Made by a program: the position numbers and the translations under genes
Origin: Candidatus Altimarinota bacterium
Lineage (GTDB): Bacteria; Patescibacteriota; Gracilibacteria; 1-14-2-50-48-13
Direction of reading: 5' to 3'
Assembly: GCA_046314355.1 (NCBI GenBank)
Contig: JBKBWQ010000001.1
Location: forward strand, 1,248,001-1,312,000
DNA: 64,000 bases
Part shown: positions 59,336 through 64,000 of the stretch, piece after piece
Position numbering within the stretch: position 1 is the first letter of the stretch
Layout of the letters: the number at the start of each line of letters is the position of its first letter
Notes under the pieces: model-generated
What the model was told of the DNA's origin: nothing
The model's database searches: none
What the model saw: only the letters and a program-made list of their open reading frames with translations

Positions 59336-59473
59336 AAAAGTGGAAGAGATTTTATATCATTATATCATATTTTATTAATTTGTATTGTTTGAGACTTCTG
59401 AATATCAAGAGCATATCCTTGCATTGAGGGGCTTTTTTTGCTTTAGTAGAAGGTACTATCCGCTATTTCCCTC

Positions 59474-59905
59474 ATGCTCTACTTCCAGCCTCCTTCCGAC
59501 TTCTCACCATCCTTCGATGTGGTTGCCTGCTATATCACCTGCGGCTCCGAGATCCTCTTCATTCAGCGTCATGAAGCCAAGGACCATGGGCGTACCTGGG
59601 ATCTGCCGGGCGGAAAGATCAATGAAGGGGAGTATCCGCTGGATGCAGTGGTCAGGGAAGTCTTTGAGGAGACAGGGCTTATCTTTGAACCAAAGGACTT
59701 TGAGTTTTTGAAAAAAGTATTTGTACGTCTGCCTGAATGCGATTTTGAACATAATGTCTTTCAAGTGAAGATTCCTGAAAAATATAGAATTACACTCTCT
59801 CCTGAAGAGCATACGAGTTTTACGTGGGTGACACCTTTGGAGGCACTCAAGATGCCATTGGTGCCGGATGAGGATCAGTGTATCAGATATTTTTTTAGAC
59901 TTTAA
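59474..59905 (+). CDS. NUDIX hydrolase
   Basis: WDLPGGKINEGEYPLDAVVREVFEETGL. Confidence 0.93.
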   Translation: MLYFQPPSDFSPSFDVVACYITCGSEILFIQRHEAKDHGRTWDLPGGKINEGEYPLDAVVREVFEETGLIFEPKDFEFLKKVFVRLPECDFEHNVFQVKIPEKYRITLSPEEHTSFTWVTPLEALKMPLVPDEDQCIRYFFRL

Positions 59906-59936
59906 AAAAAGCCCCGCAGATCTGCGGGGCTTTTTT
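59903..59936. terminator. Bidirectional terminator
   Basis: AAAAAAAGCCCCGCAG-AT-CTGCGGGGCTTTTTT. Confidence 0.85.
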
Positions 59937-59939
59937 CTA

Positions 59940-62087
59940 TTAGTACTGTATCCGGCGGAAAAGAGCCGCTGTGATCTTTGCTCCTTCTGCTCTTGAGATA
60001 CTTCTGTCAGGGAATGCTTCCTCCGCCACGTCTATGAGATTGAGTGCTTGAGCATCTCTGATGAATGGGTATTGCCATGAATCCTTTTGGACATCCTTAT
60101 ACTCGGTGCTTGTTCCATAAGGTAAAAGCGCGGTACTCAATGGGTTTGAGTTTTCCGCTGCGTACATCATAATCTTCATGAATTCTGCTCTTGTCACAGG
60201 TTCTCCTGGAGCAAAGGTAGATGCAGTCTTACCTGAGATGATTTTGAGATCTTGAGCTAGTGCTACATATTTTGCATACCATTCGTTCGTTGATACATCA
60301 GTAAATGACAGCGTACTTGCCTCAGGATGCAGAGCTTTGTACTGTGCAAGTGTCTTATCTGCAGTAGTTTCTGAATAAAATGTCCGGATAGCGAGTGCTA
60401 CTGCTTCTGATCTCGTCAGAGTACCCGCCGGCTCAAACTGTGTAGGTGTCCTGCCTGTGAGAAATCCTCTTACATAGAGAAGCTCTACATTGTAGTAATA
60501 CCAATAGTCGTCATTATTTATGTCTGTGAAAGGCATGGTTGGTTCTTCTACAGGTATGGATCCAGGAATTTTTTCCAGATAGAGTGTGTTGCTGAGAGCT
60601 GATACATGTTTCTGTTCATCAATGTAATAGACTCCAAGTGTACCGCTTTCCATACTTACAATATTCATATCATATTTTGCCGTACCTCCTGCTGTATTTG
60701 TAGTGGTGAATTTTTTCATACAATCCACCTGGTGGTCATAGCACTGTCCTCCGAAGGAACCCCTCTCAAAACGTTTCTCCATTTCTGCCTGATCAAGCTG
60801 CTCTCCAGTATAAAACCTCACACGGTAAGAAAGATTTGGAAGCGGCTCAGTCCATTGCAGGGAATAGACGTTTCTTGTCTGACCGGAGAGCTTGAGATCA
60901 GTCACCGCAGGATGCTCTGATGCATGTGAATCTATCGTAATATTACTTCGGTACAGTTCATTGTCTTTTGTGATGTAGAGCATGGCATAGGATGTAAAAC
61001 GAATGTCATTGCCGTATATGAGTGGCATATCGCTTCCTCTTGTATTCCAGACATCGCTGTCAAAGAAACTGTAGGTATTTACCTCCATATTCTCCATGCA
61101 GCCTTTTCCAAAGCATCCCACTACCTTTGATGTAGCAATATCCTTATGTGGAGTCTGAAAGGTAACTGTATCCTGTACTCTATTAAATATAAGATCGCTG
61201 TGTCCTTCTTGTACTTCACTTACTTTAAGCTGAGAATCATAATTGCTGCTTACAAAAAGCGGCTCAGAAAGAGGACTTATGGTCCCATCCATGTTAAAAT
61301 AAATGCCTGCCCAGCCTTTTTCGTTGAGTTCGGGAATCTTTGCTGATATTTCACTGCCTTCATACCAGATATTCTTTAGGCATGTATTTGCGGCTTTCTC
61401 AGCAAGTATACATGTAGATATGCTCGGATCTTTTTTCTCTACGAGAGATACAAATTCATCTGCAGAGAGAGTAGTATCATTTGAATAAACTATATAAAAC
61501 GTCTTATCATGTCCGTCAGCCTGCCAGATTAGTTTTCCTTTGCTGTAGGCTATATTTGCAATATTCTCATGTGCTTCACCTGGAAACGGTACGGAAGGAT
61601 CTTTGAAAGGACTGAACTCTTCAGTGCTGATATAAATAACATTGCTGATATTTGATACCTCACCTTCAATAGTAGTATACCGTACAGCATAAGTACCCTT
61701 TGAAAGAGTATCCGTGCGGACAAATATATTCGTTGATTCTGCTACATTTTTTTTGTATACATTTTTTATACAGATGTCGCTTTTTTCTTTAGAAAAACTG
61801 CAGGAAACATAAGGAAGTTTTGCTGAGAGATGGTTACGGAAATCCGACACACTGAGCTTTTCATCTGGGTAGAATAAGATCTCGTAGCTGGTGATTGGAG
61901 TGTCATAGCCTGGAAAGTAGATATTGCTTGGCCAGCTGAATCCAGTAGGAGTAAAGGTAAAATTCTGAATACTTGGGAGCGGATACGTCTCGCTCTGTAC
62001 TGCGGAGAGGGAGAAAAAAGCCGTACTAAGTGCAATAATAGAGAGTGCTAGTATGTAGAATAGCTTTCTAACGATAGTGTTCGCCAT
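59940..62087 (-). CDS. Secreted protein with repeated FnIII-like Cys-containing domains and C-terminal SLH repeats
   Basis: Signal peptide; repeated C..C..S.[IL]S[NE] units; FEPAGTLTRSEA, FAPGEPVTRAEF, ISRAEGA. Confidence 0.85.
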   Translation of the reverse strand: MANTIVRKLFYILALSIIALSTAFFSLSAVQSETYPLPSIQNFTFTPTGFSWPSNIYFPGYDTPITSYEILFYPDEKLSVSDFRNHLSAKLPYVSCSFSKEKSDICIKNVYKKNVAESTNIFVRTDTLSKGTYAVRYTTIEGEVSNISNVIYISTEEFSPFKDPSVPFPGEAHENIANIAYSKGKLIWQADGHDKTFYIVYSNDTTLSADEFVSLVEKKDPSISTCILAEKAANTCLKNIWYEGSEISAKIPELNEKGWAGIYFNMDGTISPLSEPLFVSSNYDSQLKVSEVQEGHSDLIFNRVQDTVTFQTPHKDIATSKVVGCFGKGCMENMEVNTYSFFDSDVWNTRGSDMPLIYGNDIRFTSYAMLYITKDNELYRSNITIDSHASEHPAVTDLKLSGQTRNVYSLQWTEPLPNLSYRVRFYTGEQLDQAEMEKRFERGSFGGQCYDHQVDCMKKFTTTNTAGGTAKYDMNIVSMESGTLGVYYIDEQKHVSALSNTLYLEKIPGSIPVEEPTMPFTDINNDDYWYYYNVELLYVRGFLTGRTPTQFEPAGTLTRSEAVALAIRTFYSETTADKTLAQYKALHPEASTLSFTDVSTNEWYAKYVALAQDLKIISGKTASTFAPGEPVTRAEFMKIMMYAAENSNPLSTALLPYGTSTEYKDVQKDSWQYPFIRDAQALNLIDVAEEAFPDRSISRAEGAKITAALFRRIQY

Positions 62088-62151
62088 TGTGGTGAAGAAA
62101 GGGGATAGACTATCTACCTTATAGCCCTTTTACAGGAAATCACAATAAAAC

Positions 62152-63210
62152 TTACTGCAGAAAGAAGAGATAAATAAACATCAGCATGAGCAGTATGATA
62201 CCAATCATGAGTAATTGATTTGTTCTCTTCGCCTTTTTCAGCTCCTGGGTGGTCTGCATATACTCTTGCTCCCGCTTGAGTTTCTCTAAGGCTGCAGTCT
62301 CTAAATCCAGCTTTCTCTGTTTCTCAAACTGCTCCTCCATCTGCTTGATCATCAGTGCCTTGCTCTGGCTCATCTCAGTAACAGCATCTTCTACGGTCTG
62401 TTTGAAAAAATGTCCCAATGCGGTAGGTGTGGTCATAGGAAGGTCTGATACCTTATCCACCCAGTGAGTATCATCAGCATGACCAATAGCGGAGATCACC
62501 ATAGGGCTCATCTGTGAGACCATGGATACGAGATCTGTATGATTGAAAATCTCAAGCCCTGATCCTCCTCCCCGCACAAGAGCAATAATATGGTAGTCGT
62601 CATTATCCACAGCTTCGAGCTGATCGAGCATATCTTCCACAGAGCTCATGTTCATTCTGAATTCATGGAATTCATAAAATTCTCCTGCGGCGTCGATGGC
62701 TTCTTTGAAGTCCTGATCCACGATGGAATTATGACCGTACAGCAGCGCTACTCTCACAGGTTCATTTTTGTACACATTCTTTTTGATAAAGCCAGCGATA
62801 TCTCTATGACCGAGAGTGAGCTTCTGCTGAATGATTTTTACAATCTGCTGTTCTTCGTCAGACATAGTTTTTTCTTGTTCTCCGAGAAGTTTTGTGACCA
62901 CAAATCGCAGACAGATATTTCCATCTTTTGTGGCAGTACGCTCCACAAAGCCAAGAAACTGATAGATACCCTCATCATTGAGCAGGGGGCGAAGTACGGA
63001 CGGCATCTTCAGTGTCATCTGGTATTCACTAAGGCTTTCTTTGATCCGGTCATAATAATATCCTCCGTAATCCCGCCCGTTATAGCGTTCATACACACCC
63101 TCAAGGACGATGAGACGCTGCTCTTCCTTTACTTTGATGACATTATTATAAATCCCGATCAGAGAGGCGGGCGTATAGTATTCTGTAGATATTTCTGTAT
63201 CTTTTTCCAT
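62152..63210 (-). CDS. Exonuclease VII large-subunit-like protein with C-terminal coiled coil and TM anchor
   Basis: IALVRGGGSG; ISAIGHADD; DKVSD..TTPTALG; C-terminal LLMIGIILLMLMFIYLFFLQ. Confidence 0.8.
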   Translation of the reverse strand: MEKDTEISTEYYTPASLIGIYNNVIKVKEEQRLIVLEGVYERYNGRDYGGYYYDRIKESLSEYQMTLKMPSVLRPLLNDEGIYQFLGFVERTATKDGNICLRFVVTKLLGEQEKTMSDEEQQIVKIIQQKLTLGHRDIAGFIKKNVYKNEPVRVALLYGHNSIVDQDFKEAIDAAGEFYEFHEFRMNMSSVEDMLDQLEAVDNDDYHIIALVRGGGSGLEIFNHTDLVSMVSQMSPMVISAIGHADDTHWVDKVSDLPMTTPTALGHFFKQTVEDAVTEMSQSKALMIKQMEEQFEKQRKLDLETAALEKLKREQEYMQTTQELKKAKRTNQLLMIGIILLMLMFIYLFFLQ

Positions 63211-63418
63211 AAAATGAGGACTCATAAAATCATATCTTATTATGGAGAGATTCCGTACCAGTAGCAATATATTTATCTTTTGGTAGGCGGACTTTGTTGA
63301 AAAAAATCAGCTTTATGCTAGATTTATATGAGAAATCTATATAAAACTGTAGTGAGAGGGGAATATTGACTTATTATAAAAAAAGTATATTAAGTATAAA
63401 ATATTATGAGCAGAAATT

Positions 63419-63892
63419 ATGAAAGACAATGTATGGATGCCGAAAAAACAGGTGGATGTGATTATTCAGCAAGAGCGGATGTCCAAGGATAATCTTGCTA
63501 TGCTTACACTTGAGATTGGGATATACAAGGAGCTCCTGCTCAGCACAAGCTCTATGCATGTTGATATCTATGATGAAAATGTCCTGAATGCAGATAAAGC
63601 ATTTAGTATTTTTTTCGGCAGACAGCATGTCAAACACCCTTCTGATCTGCGAAGAAACCGTGCATTCTTTGTACATGTCTGGAAGAGAGTAGAGCAGGAT
63701 CTCCAGCATCAGCCGAAAAGTGAACAATTCCAAGCTTTCTTAGATGAGATCAAAAAAGCCGAAATCCCATCTACCGGTGAGACTGAGCTAGAGGAAAAGG
63801 TAGCCGAAGCTTTTAAACTGATTATCCAGATCAGGCTTTGGAGAGATCCTGAGCTGGAAGCAATGATTGACAAGGGCTCGGAGTGTGAATGA
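63419..63892 (+). CDS. Hypothetical protein (157 aa)
   Basis: ORF with TTGACT promoter-like motif upstream. Confidence 0.65.
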   Translation: MKDNVWMPKKQVDVIIQQERMSKDNLAMLTLEIGIYKELLLSTSSMHVDIYDENVLNADKAFSIFFGRQHVKHPSDLRRNRAFFVHVWKRVEQDLQHQPKSEQFQAFLDEIKKAEIPSTGETELEEKVAEAFKLIIQIRLWRDPELEAMIDKGSECE

Positions 63893-64000
63893 TCGTGTAC
63901 ATACTTAGTAGTTAGGGAAATTTTCCTTATATGAAAAAAGTGCAATAGGCTCAGAGCGTACCAAAAGACATCTCTGCTTAATGCCTGGGTGTCCCTCTAC

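Overview
AT-rich bacterial chromosomal window read in the standard genetic code. The gene set points to Patescibacteria/CPR, probably Peregrinibacteria-like (inference): four SLH-domain surface proteins, a VirD4/HerA-like ATPase of the type common in CPR, an archaeal-type ValRS and an intact RF2. Housekeeping genes (valS, rnpB, def, prfB, a PBP, pcrA, gmk-like, nusA, clpP, HIT, glycosyltransferases) are interspersed with orphan genes that carry their own promoters and terminators. Accessory genes include two toxin-antitoxin pairs, an IrrE-peptidase/2-TM pair, an ERF recombinase, two ABC-F proteins, a Pif1-like helicase and a MazG-like + DUF2075 helicase pair. The most striking unexplained structure is non-coding: several families of palindromic modules recur in intergenic regions and are joined or bracketed by the same (A/G)GGCTC hexamer. 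One of these families forms terminal inverted repeats around a frameshifted small GIY-YIG nuclease gene. Palindromic extensions also lengthen two helices of the ~505-nt RNase P RNA. No CRISPR array, tRNA, rRNA or recognisable IS transposase was seen. Protein family calls come from motif recognition, not database searches.
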